Shown piece by piece: positions 47,016 to 57,200 of a DNA stretch of 64,000 bases. The notes under the pieces were generated by a model. It made no database searches and was not told the origin of the DNA. It worked only from the letters and a program-made list of their open reading frames with translations. The stretch comes from a virus (lineage: Duplodnaviria > Caudoviricetes), in the IMG/VR virus record IMGVR_UViG_3300025357_000908, positions 1-64,000 of that record, one strand, 5' to 3'. The stretch's first letter is position 1. Each line of letters starts with the position of its first letter. The position numbers were made by a program, and so were the translations under genes.

Positions 47016-48466
47016 TGGTAGTAGAATTTCAATACGACCCTAAGCGTAAAGAAGTAAAGATTGTTTCGGAATACCTTAACAATATTAAAGAACGTTTTAG
47101 TGTAAAAAATCCGGGCGCTCGTTTTAATCGTTATCAGAGATTTTTACCTCAGCGTACCTATGCTATAACTAATGCTGGTTATTGTGGTATAGGTTTGGTT
47201 CCAGAGATTATAGATTATCTTAACTCTCAAACTATACCTTTTGAAATAAAAGCTAATCAAGAGTATAAAGATGTATTACAACAAACACATATTCTTGTAC
47301 CTGGATCGCATAAAATATTAGAGAGTGAATTTAAGCTTAGAGATTACCAAGAAGCTGCTGTTAATAAGGCTTTAGAAAAGGGTCATGGAGTTGTAGAGTT
47401 AGCCACAGGTGGTGGAAAGACATTAATTATAGCTAATTTAGTTTATGCAGCGCTGCACAGTATCAAACTTACTGAAAAAGTATTGATTGTGGTGCCAGAC
47501 TTAGGCTTAGTAGCTCAAACATATAAAGACTTTACTTCATATAATTTTCCTATGGAAATAGTGAGTAAATGGACAGGCGATACTGAGTTAGATCCTAATG
47601 CCCGGGTTATTATAGCTAATATGGGTATATTACAAAGTAAATCTTCAGATATAACTTGGTTTAACAAAGTTGGTTTGTTAGTTGTAGATGAATGTCATAA
47701 ATTGCGTAGAGGTAACAAAGTATGTAAACTTATAGATAAAATACCTACTTTAAGGCGTATTGGTTTTACCGGTACATTACCAGAGAACGACATCGATAAA
47801 TGGAATATTAATAATTTTATCGGGCCTGTAATATTTAAAAAGACTACTACCGAGTTAAGAGAAGCAGCTGGTGGGGAATATATTGCTAATGCTCAAGCTC
47901 TATCACTACATATAGAATATGCAATGAAGCCTGATTATACCGCAGTATCTGCATCTCAGCGCTATTTGGTAGAGTTAGACTTTATACATACAAATAAATT
48001 TCGTAATGAGGTTATTAAGAGTATTATTAGTAAACTAAATAATAACAGCCTTATACTTGTGGATCACATAGCACACGGTGAAAACTTATATAATACTCTA
48101 TCTACCTTAGCCGGTAAACAAGTATACTTTATACAAGGCAGTGTTGAAGTTGAAGACCGTAAAAAAGTACAAGAACTAATGGAACAACATAACAATGTTG
48201 TATGTGTTGCTATAAGTAAGATTTTTTCTACTGGAATTTCTATAAAAAACATACATTATATAGTGTTTGCTGCAGGCGGTAAGTCAAAGATCAAAACTTT
48301 ACAGTCTATTGGTCGTGGTCTACGCGTTCATGAAAATAAAGATATTCTTACTATCATTGACGTTGTGGATGAGCTTATCTATGGTGGTAAACATTACGAA
48401 AAACGAAAAGAATTTTATGCCCTTGAACAAATCAAAATTACCGAAAAAACAATTACCGAAAGCTGA
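47015..48466 (+). CDS. uvsW: UvsW SF2 helicase
   Basis: LRDYQ, ATGGGKT, DECH, GFTGT, STGISI, QSIGRGLR. Confidence 0.93.
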   Translation: MVVEFQYDPKRKEVKIVSEYLNNIKERFSVKNPGARFNRYQRFLPQRTYAITNAGYCGIGLVPEIIDYLNSQTIPFEIKANQEYKDVLQQTHILVPGSHKILESEFKLRDYQEAAVNKALEKGHGVVELATGGGKTLIIANLVYAALHSIKLTEKVLIVVPDLGLVAQTYKDFTSYNFPMEIVSKWTGDTELDPNARVIIANMGILQSKSSDITWFNKVGLLVVDECHKLRRGNKVCKLIDKIPTLRRIGFTGTLPENDIDKWNINNFIGPVIFKKTTTELREAAGGEYIANAQALSLHIEYAMKPDYTAVSASQRYLVELDFIHTNKFRNEVIKSIISKLNNNSLILVDHIAHGENLYNTLSTLAGKQVYFIQGSVEVEDRKKVQELMEQHNNVVCVAISKIFSTGISIKNIHYIVFAAGGKSKIKTLQSIGRGLRVHENKDILTIIDVVDELIYGGKHYEKRKEFYALEQIKITEKTITES

Positions 48467-48917
48467 AAGCCCACCTAAGGTTAAAAAACCTTTAAGTGAG
48501 TCAGCTAAAGCTAAAAAAGTATATTATGTGAGCCCAGCTGAATTTACAGCTGAGTTACGCAAATACTATGAAACAGACATTATTACTGATGACTTAGCAA
48601 TGATGATTAAAAACATTGCTTATGGCCTCGCACATGCCTCGAATTTCATTAATTATACATTTAAAGAGGATGCTATCGGTGATTCATTAATAAACATGTT
48701 TAATGCATTGAAAGATAAAAAATACAACTTTGACAAGGGTAGTAATCCATTTTCGTATTTTAACTCAATTTCTTTCAACTGTTGGCGTAGCCGTATAAAA
48801 AAAGAAAAACGTATGAGAGATACATTAGCAGCATATCAAGAAGAAGTATACAGCATTATTGGACCTCAAGTAGGTGTTGATGATCCTGTTAACCCTAACA
48901 ACAAACATGCAGATTAA
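48417..48917 (+). CDS. gp55: Late-transcription sigma factor
   Basis: YYV...F, IA.GL...NFINYT, NPFSYF..I, RIKKEK; start moved to ATG 48417. Confidence 0.9.
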   Translation: MPLNKSKLPKKQLPKAESPPKVKKPLSESAKAKKVYYVSPAEFTAELRKYYETDIITDDLAMMIKNIAYGLAHASNFINYTFKEDAIGDSLINMFNALKDKKYNFDKGSNPFSYFNSISFNCWRSRIKKEKRMRDTLAAYQEEVYSIIGPQVGVDDPVNPNNKHAD

Positions 48918-49962
48918 TAGTCCAAGAGTAGGTATTTTTTCAGACCCTCATTATGGTGTGCACCGTAATAGTGAAACGTGGCACAAGATTGCTTTAGAGC
49001 ATGCAAGGTGGGCGTCGGAACAATTCAAACAACAGGGCATAAAAGATATAATAATACCAGGAGATATATTTCATGATCGTAATGACATTGCTGTTAACAC
49101 TCTTCATGTGGCTACTGACATTTTTGATATATTGCGTGATTTTAACAACATTGTTACTGTGGGCAACCACGATGCTTATTACCGTGACAATTCTACCGTT
49201 AATTCCGTATCCATACTTCGCGGTTGGAGTAATATTACTGTTGTTGATAAGCTTGCGATCGAAACACTCCAAGGAAAGAAAATAGCTTTTTGTCCATGGG
49301 GTCAGGATATTAATGAAGTACCTAAGTGCGATTTAATTATAGGTCATTTTGAGGTTAATAGTTTCAAGATGAACTCTTATAAAGTATGTACTAATGGGCT
49401 TAAAGCTTCAGATTTAACAGATAGAGCTCCTTTAACTATTACAGGGCATTTCCATCATAGAGAGGAACGCAAATACAAGGATGGTACGATTCTTTATGTG
49501 GGTTGTCCTTATCAGCAGGATTGGGGTGATTATGGTACTACCAAAGGTTTGTATATTTTAGACTTAAAAGACTTAAGTTATGAGTTTATTGTTAACAATG
49601 TATCACCTCGTTATAACAAGATTAAATATTCTGAAATAGCTAATGGTGTATACACAGCTGAATCACTAAAAGGATTTATACGTAACAATATAGTAAAGTT
49701 TTATATAGATAAACAACTTACACCTGAAGTAGTAGATAACATTGTCAGAAAGATTGCTTCAATTAAACCTGTTGAACTTACTTTAGAGTATGATTATTCA
49801 GAACTATCTAAACTTAATGTAGAAGAAGCTAATACTAAGGATTTTAGTATAAGTGTTGAAAACTCTATATCGGAATTTATTGATTTATTAGATGTTAATC
49901 ATAAAGATAAGGTAAAGAGTTACGTAACTGATTTATACCATAGAGCACTAACAATAACATGA
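48907..49962 (+). CDS. gp47: Mre11/SbcD-like recombination nuclease
   Basis: SDPHYG, GDIFH, GNHD, GHFH phosphoesterase motifs. Confidence 0.93.
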   Translation: MQINSPRVGIFSDPHYGVHRNSETWHKIALEHARWASEQFKQQGIKDIIIPGDIFHDRNDIAVNTLHVATDIFDILRDFNNIVTVGNHDAYYRDNSTVNSVSILRGWSNITVVDKLAIETLQGKKIAFCPWGQDINEVPKCDLIIGHFEVNSFKMNSYKVCTNGLKASDLTDRAPLTITGHFHHREERKYKDGTILYVGCPYQQDWGDYGTTKGLYILDLKDLSYEFIVNNVSPRYNKIKYSEIANGVYTAESLKGFIRNNIVKFYIDKQLTPEVVDNIVRKIASIKPVELTLEYDYSELSKLNVEEANTKDFSISVENSISEFIDLLDVNHKDKVKSYVTDLYHRALTIT

Positions 49963-50756
49963 AAATAGGAGTAGCAGTAATAGCGTGCGATAGACTGGAA
50001 TACACTAAACAGTGTGTTGCAAGTGTACTCGCAAATAAAGGTCCATTGACTGATATTATTTTAATTAACGATGGTGTTAAGATACCAGACGGGGAATTAC
50101 CTGAAGGAATTGAAATAATGAACAATAGACCCCCTTATCAGTCTGTCGGTAAGGCTAAAAATAGAGCTATGCAGGTATTAGTAAATAGAGATTGTGATCA
50201 TATATTTCTTATTGAAAATGATATTATAGTTCAAACACCAGACGTATGGCAAAAATATATTGATGTTGCTAAGACTACCGGTGTAAAGCATTTAAATTTC
50301 GGTTATCATGGCCCAGCTAATAGAACACCGGATTATAAGAAACCGAATCCCAGATACGTTGTAGAGTATCCAGACGGTATTAAATTAGCACTTAATTTAC
50401 ATTGCGTTGGTGCGTTTTCATATTTTAATAAAGCATTTATGAAAGACGTTGGTTACCATGACACTTTCTTCAAAAATGCATGGGAGCATGTAGAGTTATG
50501 TCAAAGAGCTATTGCTAAAAATTATTTACCTGCTTTTTGGTGGTTTCCTGATGTAGAAGGTAGTGATGAAATGCTTAAAGAAATACCCGGCTCTATACAA
50601 AATAGCTCTATTACTCATACCGAGAAATGGACAGAAAATATGCACAAAGGTGCAGAACATTATAGAAAAATACATGGTGTTTCAGCTGTAGAAAACCCAG
50701 ATACTGATATAAAAATTGTGTTACAACGTTTAAAAGAAATATACAAATGCAAGTAA
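49959..50756 (+). CDS. Glycosyltransferase family 2-like
   Basis: INDG, VGKAKN, LIEND, AWEHVE. Confidence 0.78.
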   Translation: MKIGVAVIACDRLEYTKQCVASVLANKGPLTDIILINDGVKIPDGELPEGIEIMNNRPPYQSVGKAKNRAMQVLVNRDCDHIFLIENDIIVQTPDVWQKYIDVAKTTGVKHLNFGYHGPANRTPDYKKPNPRYVVEYPDGIKLALNLHCVGAFSYFNKAFMKDVGYHDTFFKNAWEHVELCQRAIAKNYLPAFWWFPDVEGSDEMLKEIPGSIQNSSITHTEKWTENMHKGAEHYRKIHGVSAVENPDTDIKIVLQRLKEIYKCK

Positions 50757-51532
50757 CCCATTTAGCATTAGCACCTAATGGCAACAGTGGTAGATTTGGT
50801 AATCAATTATTTTTAGTTGCCAGTACTATAGGTATAGCACTAAACAATAATATGAAATATGCTTTTCCTGAATGGAAGAACAATATTTACTTTAAAAAGA
50901 AATTGCCGCAATTAGCGCCTGGTACTGGTATAACATATAGCGAGCCGTCCTTTAAGTATACCCCAGTAAATTTTACTGATAAACAATTTGTATATCTTAG
51001 CGGTTACTTTCAAAGCCCTAAGTATTTTCAAAACTATGAAGACACAATAAGAGAGACATTTGAATTTAAAGATAATTTTATTAATAATGTAAAATCTGTA
51101 CTTGATGAAGCAAAATTAGGTACTACGTGTTCAATTCATGTACGTAGAGGAGATTATTTAAACTATACCGATATACATCCGCAGCAGCCGGCTGAATACT
51201 GGAGTAGTGCACAAAAAGTAATAGAAGATCATGAAAATATTAACACATACGTGGTTTTTTCTGATGATATTAACTGGTGTAAGCAAAATAAGCAGCTATT
51301 CAATACTACTGGTAAGAGAGTTGTTTTTATGCAAGGCAGAAACGAAATTGATGATTTTATAGGTATGATGTATTGTGATCACAATATTATTACTAACTCT
51401 ACTTTTTCATGGTGGGCAGCATGGTTAAATACTAATAAAAACAAAGCTGTTGTAATGCCTAAATTATGGTTCGGACCTAAAGGACCACCAGATAGTACAG
51501 ATTTGCAGGTAGAAGGATGGAAAATTATATGA
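50747..51532 (+). CDS. GT11 alpha-1,2-fucosyltransferase-like
   Basis: GRFGNQLF, GYFQS.KYF, HVRRGDY, FSDD..WC, NSTFSWW.A. Confidence 0.92.
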   Translation: MQVTHLALAPNGNSGRFGNQLFLVASTIGIALNNNMKYAFPEWKNNIYFKKKLPQLAPGTGITYSEPSFKYTPVNFTDKQFVYLSGYFQSPKYFQNYEDTIRETFEFKDNFINNVKSVLDEAKLGTTCSIHVRRGDYLNYTDIHPQQPAEYWSSAQKVIEDHENINTYVVFSDDINWCKQNKQLFNTTGKRVVFMQGRNEIDDFIGMMYCDHNIITNSTFSWWAAWLNTNKNKAVVMPKLWFGPKGPPDSTDLQVEGWKII

Positions 51533-52350
51533 AAAAAGAACTTTATTTAAAAGATAGTAATTTCGGGCATTGTGCATTCAGCAACAATCCCACACCACCG
51601 GTTAGTTTTTCTGAACATATTATATGGAATCGCGGACCTGCACCTATAGGTGCTGACGTAGTATGTACGGACTGTCATTTAAATGACGGTAATATTGCCT
51701 GGATATTGGAACCATACGAAATTAATTCAGGCCCGTACATACACGTTAAAAATAATAGTTTGAAGTATAAAGAAATTTGGACACATGATAAAGAGCTTTT
51801 AACATTACCTAATGCTAAATGGTATCCGGTTGGAGGGTGTTGGTTAGAAGTACCTGAAAGAAAAATCTACGAAAAGAGCAAAATGTTCTCTATTATAGCT
51901 TCTAATAAGAATCAACTACCAGGTCATCAACTAAGACATCAAATAATACAAGCTTCTGGTAATAAGATAGATGCTTACGGGCATTCTTATACTCAATTTA
52001 AGAAACACTCAATGCATAAAATAGAGGGTTTAGCAGATTACCGTTATCATTTTGCAATTGAAAATTGTAAGAGAGATTTTTATTTTACAGAAAAACTTAT
52101 TGATACCTTGATGTCTGGTACAATTCCTATATACTGGGGATGTCCTTCTATTGATAAGTTCTTTAATACTGACGGCTTTATTATCTTTAATGACTTGTAC
52201 GATTTAAAAGAAAAACTTAAAAATTGTACAGTAGAGTTTTATGATAGTAAGAAAGCAGTTATTGAAGAAAACTTTAAATTAGCTCAAAACTACATCTTAT
52301 CAGAAGACTGGATATATAATAATATACTACAAAATGAAAAGACAATTTGA
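51529..52350 (+). CDS. GT10 alpha-1,3/4-fucosyltransferase-like
   Basis: K...L..YRYHFAIEN....YFTEKL.D....TIPIYWG. Confidence 0.88.
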   Translation: MKKELYLKDSNFGHCAFSNNPTPPVSFSEHIIWNRGPAPIGADVVCTDCHLNDGNIAWILEPYEINSGPYIHVKNNSLKYKEIWTHDKELLTLPNAKWYPVGGCWLEVPERKIYEKSKMFSIIASNKNQLPGHQLRHQIIQASGNKIDAYGHSYTQFKKHSMHKIEGLADYRYHFAIENCKRDFYFTEKLIDTLMSGTIPIYWGCPSIDKFFNTDGFIIFNDLYDLKEKLKNCTVEFYDSKKAVIEENFKLAQNYILSEDWIYNNILQNEKTI

Positions 52351-52648
52351 TACAGGCGCACAAAGAGATACAGATGTTGGTAAGCCGAGAATAAGTTTAG
52401 TACCTCATGAAGAACTTATGAGGGTAGCAAGTCATTTCGTATCTGGCGGTCAAAAGTATGGGTTCAACAACTGGAAAAAGGGCATGAACTCTTCAGTATA
52501 TTATGATAGTGCACAACGCCACTTGATTAAATACTGGCAAGGTGAAGATGATGAAGACCATGCTGCAGCTGCTGTATGGAATATTATGTGTATGATGTGG
52601 ACTGAAAAGAACAAACCAGAATTAGATGATAGAAAAGAATACCAATGA
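52334..52648 (+). CDS. dATP/dGTP diphosphohydrolase (DUF5664)
   Basis: TGAQRD...KPR.SL.P, G..KYG..NW.KG, S..RH, EDH.AA..WN. Confidence 0.85.
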   Translation: MKRQFDTGAQRDTDVGKPRISLVPHEELMRVASHFVSGGQKYGFNNWKKGMNSSVYYDSAQRHLIKYWQGEDDEDHAAAAVWNIMCMMWTEKNKPELDDRKEYQ

Positions 52649-53400
52649 AAATTGATTTAAAAAACTTAACATTTACAGTACCTGTTAGAATTGATAGTGA
52701 AGACAGGGCGTTTAATCTTAACTATATTATTGAGTATTTACTGCATAATTTTGATACAAATATTATTGTATACGAGAACGGGCCTAAGTCTTTATTTAAA
52801 AACAAGTATGATATAACGCATATTTACGAGCAAAATGATGGTATTTTTCATCGCACTCGTTACCTCAATAATATGGCTAAACAGGCTACTACTGATTTTA
52901 TCGCTAACTATGATTGTGATGTGATATTTCCTGTAAAACAAATAGTTAAAGCTTATAACCTACTAAAAAGTAATAATTTAGATTGTGTTTACCCATATAG
53001 CGGGTACTTTGTTAACATTAAACGTGATATTTTAAATGAAATTACAAATTTAGACCCTGTTAATTTAAATCCAGATATATATCAAAATTTTGGTAAAAAT
53101 TCTTTTGGTGGTGCGGTATTTTGGTATAAAAAAGCTTTTATAGAGGGGGGTATGGAAAATGAAAATTGCGTATCTTGGGGATGTGAAGACTGGGAGCGTT
53201 TAAAGCGTTTTGAAATTCTCGGTTATCGTATTGCGAGAGTAAATGGGCCACTGTATCACATTGATCATGCAAGAACTCAGGATAGTAGTGAAGCTAACCC
53301 GTTTTATAATAACAACAGAAAAGAATTTGATAAAATATTAAACTCTAAAAAAGAAGATTTATTAAAATATGTTAGTACGTGGCCTTGGACAAAAACATAA
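52645..53400 (+). CDS. GT-A glycosyltransferase (GT2/GT7C-like)
   Basis: NYDCDV, GGAVF, GGMENE...WGCED.ER, LYHIDH. Confidence 0.82.
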   Translation: MKIDLKNLTFTVPVRIDSEDRAFNLNYIIEYLLHNFDTNIIVYENGPKSLFKNKYDITHIYEQNDGIFHRTRYLNNMAKQATTDFIANYDCDVIFPVKQIVKAYNLLKSNNLDCVYPYSGYFVNIKRDILNEITNLDPVNLNPDIYQNFGKNSFGGAVFWYKKAFIEGGMENENCVSWGCEDWERLKRFEILGYRIARVNGPLYHIDHARTQDSSEANPFYNNNRKEFDKILNSKKEDLLKYVSTWPWTKT

Positions 53401-54182
53401 TGAAAAAAGTATACATTACTTTTAGTGGTAGTATCTATGATGATACTACCCGTATAATAGTTCAAGATGGTATAAAATATGGTGCTGATGAAGTTAAGGT
53501 GTACGATGATGTGTGGTTAATGAAACAACCATTTTTTGAACAAAATAAATGGCTCTGGGAACACCCGCACAAAAGAGGATTTGGATGGTACTGTTGGAAA
53601 CCGTTTATAATATATCATGCTTTACAGAACCTACAAGACGGAGATATAGTGTTGTTTACAGATGCTGATTGTTACCCTATTAGTGATTTAAATGTATTGT
53701 TTAATCAATGTGATAAAGATGGTGGTGTAATGTTATTTGCTGCTAACGGACAAACACACTCTTACTGGTGCAAAAAAGATTGCTATATAATAATGGGTCA
53801 AAATGACCCTAAATATTACAACGTACAAGCTGGTGTAGCACGGTTTATGTTATTTCAAAAAGGTAAATGGAAGGCTACACAGTTTTTAATGGAGTGGTTA
53901 ACATATTGCGTTAACCCATTAGCTACAACGTTTGATAAGAGTGTTCTTGCTGAAGAAACGCCTGAATTTATTGAACATAGAACCGAACAAGCAATAATGA
54001 CCAGTCTTGCACACAAGTATGGTTTAAAGCTTTATAGAGAAGCCTGCGGAGCTGGTAACAGGTATAGTTTTGATAAGGAGTTATATGAGCAATTATTCAT
54101 ACAGTTTAATCCTACCGATTTAGTTGGTAGTGAAAAAGCTACAATTAAACCCATAGGCTCTAAGTTTGCTAATGTTAATTGA
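53400..54182 (+). CDS. Putative glycosyltransferase
   Basis: RGFGWYCWKPFII, TDAD (DxD), EHRTEQAI; embedded in the GT operon. Confidence 0.6.
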   Translation: MKKVYITFSGSIYDDTTRIIVQDGIKYGADEVKVYDDVWLMKQPFFEQNKWLWEHPHKRGFGWYCWKPFIIYHALQNLQDGDIVLFTDADCYPISDLNVLFNQCDKDGGVMLFAANGQTHSYWCKKDCYIIMGQNDPKYYNVQAGVARFMLFQKGKWKATQFLMEWLTYCVNPLATTFDKSVLAEETPEFIEHRTEQAIMTSLAHKYGLKLYREACGAGNRYSFDKELYEQLFIQFNPTDLVGSEKATIKPIGSKFANVN

Positions 54183-54190
54183 GTTTACAG

Positions 54191-54218
54191 TAGAAAAAAA
54201 ATAGTTTTATAATATACT
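54191..54218 (+). promoter_or_regulatory. sigma70-like promoter of gp46
   Basis: TAGAAA-N16-TATACT. Confidence 0.5.
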
Positions 54219-54226
54219 ATTAAGTA

Positions 54227-56050
54227 ATGCGCTATGTTTATTTCAAACATTTAAAAATTACTAATTTCCTGTCTGTAGGTAAAAGACCGGTAGTTGTAGA
54301 TTTTAAGCCTGGACTAAATATCATTACAGGTAAAAACTATGATAAAGCTGATAGAGCGAATGGCGTTGGAAAGTCCACTATTGCTGACGCAGTGCATTTT
54401 GCTTTGTATGGTAGCACTATACGCGATCTTAAAAAAGAAAACATAGTAAACGATCAAGCACCTGATCAGTTGTGTGAAGTCGAGCTCGAGCTTACATACC
54501 AGCAAGACGGTAAAAATAATGAATGCCGGATATTAAGAACTCTTAATCCTACTAAGTGCTTTTTCTTCGTTAATGGTGAAGATGTTACCAGATCTGGTGT
54601 ACCACAAACTACAGAGCTAATAGTTGATACCATTAAAACATCTTCTGAAATATTTCAAAATAGTGTTGTTATGTCAATTAACACCACGGTGCCATTTATG
54701 GCGCAGAAAAAGATAGAAAAACGTAAGTTTATCGAGGGTATTCTTGGTCTTGAAGTATTTAGTAATATGTTAAGCTTTGCACGTTTTGATTATAATGAAG
54801 CAAAACGTCTGCTCGATATTGAAAGTACAAAGATAGAAGAGACGAACAGGTCTTTAGCCGATGCGGTTAAACAAAAAGAAAATTACGAAGACACTAAAAA
54901 GAAAAGACTTGAAGTACTATTAACACGTCAGTCTAATAACGCTAAGGAATTAGCGAGTATAGATGAAAAGCTTAATAGTTTAGAATCTGTTGATATAGCA
55001 GCAGAAAAACAAATACAAGATAAATTATCTACTTTAAAAACAGCTGAAGGGGTATGTGACCGTAAAATTGCTTCTATTAATAAGATTATTACAGAAGCAG
55101 AAACACATATTAAGCTCAATAATGATCGCATTAAAAAACTTAAAAAAGTAGATAGCAAATGTCCACATTGCGGTAAAGACTTGGCAGAAGCAGTAAATGT
55201 ACAATATGAGAAAGATAAAGCCGAGTGCCAGTTAGAAATACAGAAATATACAGAAGTTATTAGTACACAAAAACCGCTCTTAGTGGATTCCCAAGATCAA
55301 TTAAATAAGGTTGAAAAAGCTATTGTTACAATACAAAAGAAGATAAACGATTTTAATATTCGTAAAAAAGAAGTAGAGAATATTAACAACAGAGTAAAGC
55401 AGCTTAATGAATGGCAAGCTTCGTTAGTTGTAGATATCGATCAACTTAATAAAGACTCTAATAATTTTCAAGATACTATAGATACTATTGTGACAAGGCA
55501 GAACGATATCAAGAAGCAAATCAGCTCATTACAAGAGAGAATAGATATTGTTGAATCCGCTAAATTTATCGTAGACGAAGAAGGTGTAAAATCTTATATT
55601 GTTAAGAAGATATTACAAGTACTAAATATGCGTTTAGCGCAATACTTACGTAGACTTGAAAGTAACAGTATTGTTACATTTAACGAGTTCTTCGAAGAGT
55701 CTATTACTAATGAAAGGGGTAGTCAATGTAGTTACTTTAACTTTTCTGGGGCTGAACGCAAAGCTATCGACCTTGCAATGTTATTTACGTTTCAGGATAT
55801 TCGTAGAGCGCAAGCAGATGTATGGTTAAATTTGAGTATGTTTGATGAGTTATTTGACTCCTCTTTAGATGAAAAAGGCATTGAATTAGTACTTGATATT
55901 CTCAAAGAGAGGGTAGATAATTACAATGAGTCGATTTATATTATTTCTCACCGTAAAGAAAGTAAAAAGTACTGTATTGGTGGGGAGATAGTATATCTTG
56001 AAAAGAAGAATGGTATAACAACAAGAACAACAACTTATGACATTTCCTAA
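54227..56050 (+). CDS. gp46: Rad50/SbcC-like recombination ATPase
   Basis: NGVGKST, CPHC zinc hook, FSGAE signature, DELFDSSLD, ISH. Confidence 0.95.
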   Translation: MRYVYFKHLKITNFLSVGKRPVVVDFKPGLNIITGKNYDKADRANGVGKSTIADAVHFALYGSTIRDLKKENIVNDQAPDQLCEVELELTYQQDGKNNECRILRTLNPTKCFFFVNGEDVTRSGVPQTTELIVDTIKTSSEIFQNSVVMSINTTVPFMAQKKIEKRKFIEGILGLEVFSNMLSFARFDYNEAKRLLDIESTKIEETNRSLADAVKQKENYEDTKKKRLEVLLTRQSNNAKELASIDEKLNSLESVDIAAEKQIQDKLSTLKTAEGVCDRKIASINKIITEAETHIKLNNDRIKKLKKVDSKCPHCGKDLAEAVNVQYEKDKAECQLEIQKYTEVISTQKPLLVDSQDQLNKVEKAIVTIQKKINDFNIRKKEVENINNRVKQLNEWQASLVVDIDQLNKDSNNFQDTIDTIVTRQNDIKKQISSLQERIDIVESAKFIVDEEGVKSYIVKKILQVLNMRLAQYLRRLESNSIVTFNEFFEESITNERGSQCSYFNFSGAERKAIDLAMLFTFQDIRRAQADVWLNLSMFDELFDSSLDEKGIELVLDILKERVDNYNESIYIISHRKESKKYCIGGEIVYLEKKNGITTRTTTYDIS

Positions 56051-57200
56051 TAACGGCATTATTGGTGCCCCTCAAATGCCTTTTGGTGCACCTGTTGTGG
56101 GTAGCCCATTAACACAGCCCACCCCACCGCCAGTTTCAGTTGTACCGGAAGGTATGAGACGTGCTATAAGTTATGCTGCAGACCACCAAGGGTGCGGGTT
56201 TTGGAGAATGCACTGGGCTGAGTCTATTATTAATGGTAATCAATTGGGTATCATTAATAATAATAATTTTATGATCTTACAGGAGAACTTTTATCAAGGT
56301 ATATCTTGTGTAAGAATACAAAGACAGGTTACACCCACACAGCTACAATTTGTAAGACTTTTAAGAGACATTTCTAATAGAACCAACAATTTTAAGATTT
56401 ATTACGAAATTGATGATGTTATTTTCCCAGAAGATATTCCACTTTATAACAAAGCACGTGAAGCATTTGTTGATCCTGCCATTGGAGCTACTGCAATAGA
56501 AATTATGAAGCTTTGTGATGGTATTACAACGCCTACAGATTACATGTCAAAGTACTACGAAGAAAGAACCGGCGTAAAAGGAATCACACTTCCTAACTAT
56601 ATGCCAAGGTTCTGGATGGATCGTTTTTACAACAAAAATAAGATTTCTGAAAATTACGAATACAATAAAAAACGACCTCGTATCGGTTATGTGGGTAGTC
56701 CAACTCATTTTAATATTGCTGGTACTCCTGGAGTGAAAGACGACTTCGGTGATATATTAGATGTTATTGTAAAAACTGTAAAGCAGTTTAAATGGGTATT
56801 AATGGGCGGTTGCCCTCAGGAGCTTGCTGAATACGTGCGTAGTGGAGATATAGAATATGTAGGCTGGACAAAGCTTTGGGACTACCCTACAGCTTTTAAC
56901 AATTTAAACGTTAATATGGTAATTGCACCACTACAAAACAATAAATTTAATTTAGCAAAAGCTAATATTAAACATATTGAAGCAGGTGCGTTAGGTATAC
57001 CATGTGTTTGTCAAAATTTAGAGCCGTATAAAGAAGCTCCTTTACGGTTCAATACTCCTGATGAAATGATAAGCGTGATTAAAAAAACATTAAGCGACCG
57101 TCGTACTTATTTAACTGAATCGGATATAGCACGTAAAAATGCATGTAAATATTGGTTAGAAGATCATATTGATGAGCATTGCAAACTATATTTCACTTGA
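56037..57200 (+). CDS. GT-B (GT4-like) glycosyltransferase
   Basis: GCGFWR, YEIDD, RIGYVGS.TH, IAPL..N.FN..K.NIK.IE. Confidence 0.78.
   Translation: MTFPNNGIIGAPQMPFGAPVVGSPLTQPTPPPVSVVPEGMRRAISYAADHQGCGFWRMHWAESIINGNQLGIINNNNFMILQENFYQGISCVRIQRQVTPTQLQFVRLLRDISNRTNNFKIYYEIDDVIFPEDIPLYNKAREAFVDPAIGATAIEIMKLCDGITTPTDYMSKYYEERTGVKGITLPNYMPRFWMDRFYNKNKISENYEYNKKRPRIGYVGSPTHFNIAGTPGVKDDFGDILDVIVKTVKQFKWVLMGGCPQELAEYVRSGDIEYVGWTKLWDYPTAFNNLNVNMVIAPLQNNKFNLAKANIKHIEAGALGIPCVCQNLEPYKEAPLRFNTPDEMISVIKKTLSDRRTYLTESDIARKNACKYWLEDHIDEHCKLYFT

Noticed and set aside
52334-52648. Z-genome (2-aminoadenine) system
   Set aside because: No purZ or datZ-like HD gene in the window; the context is deazaguanine
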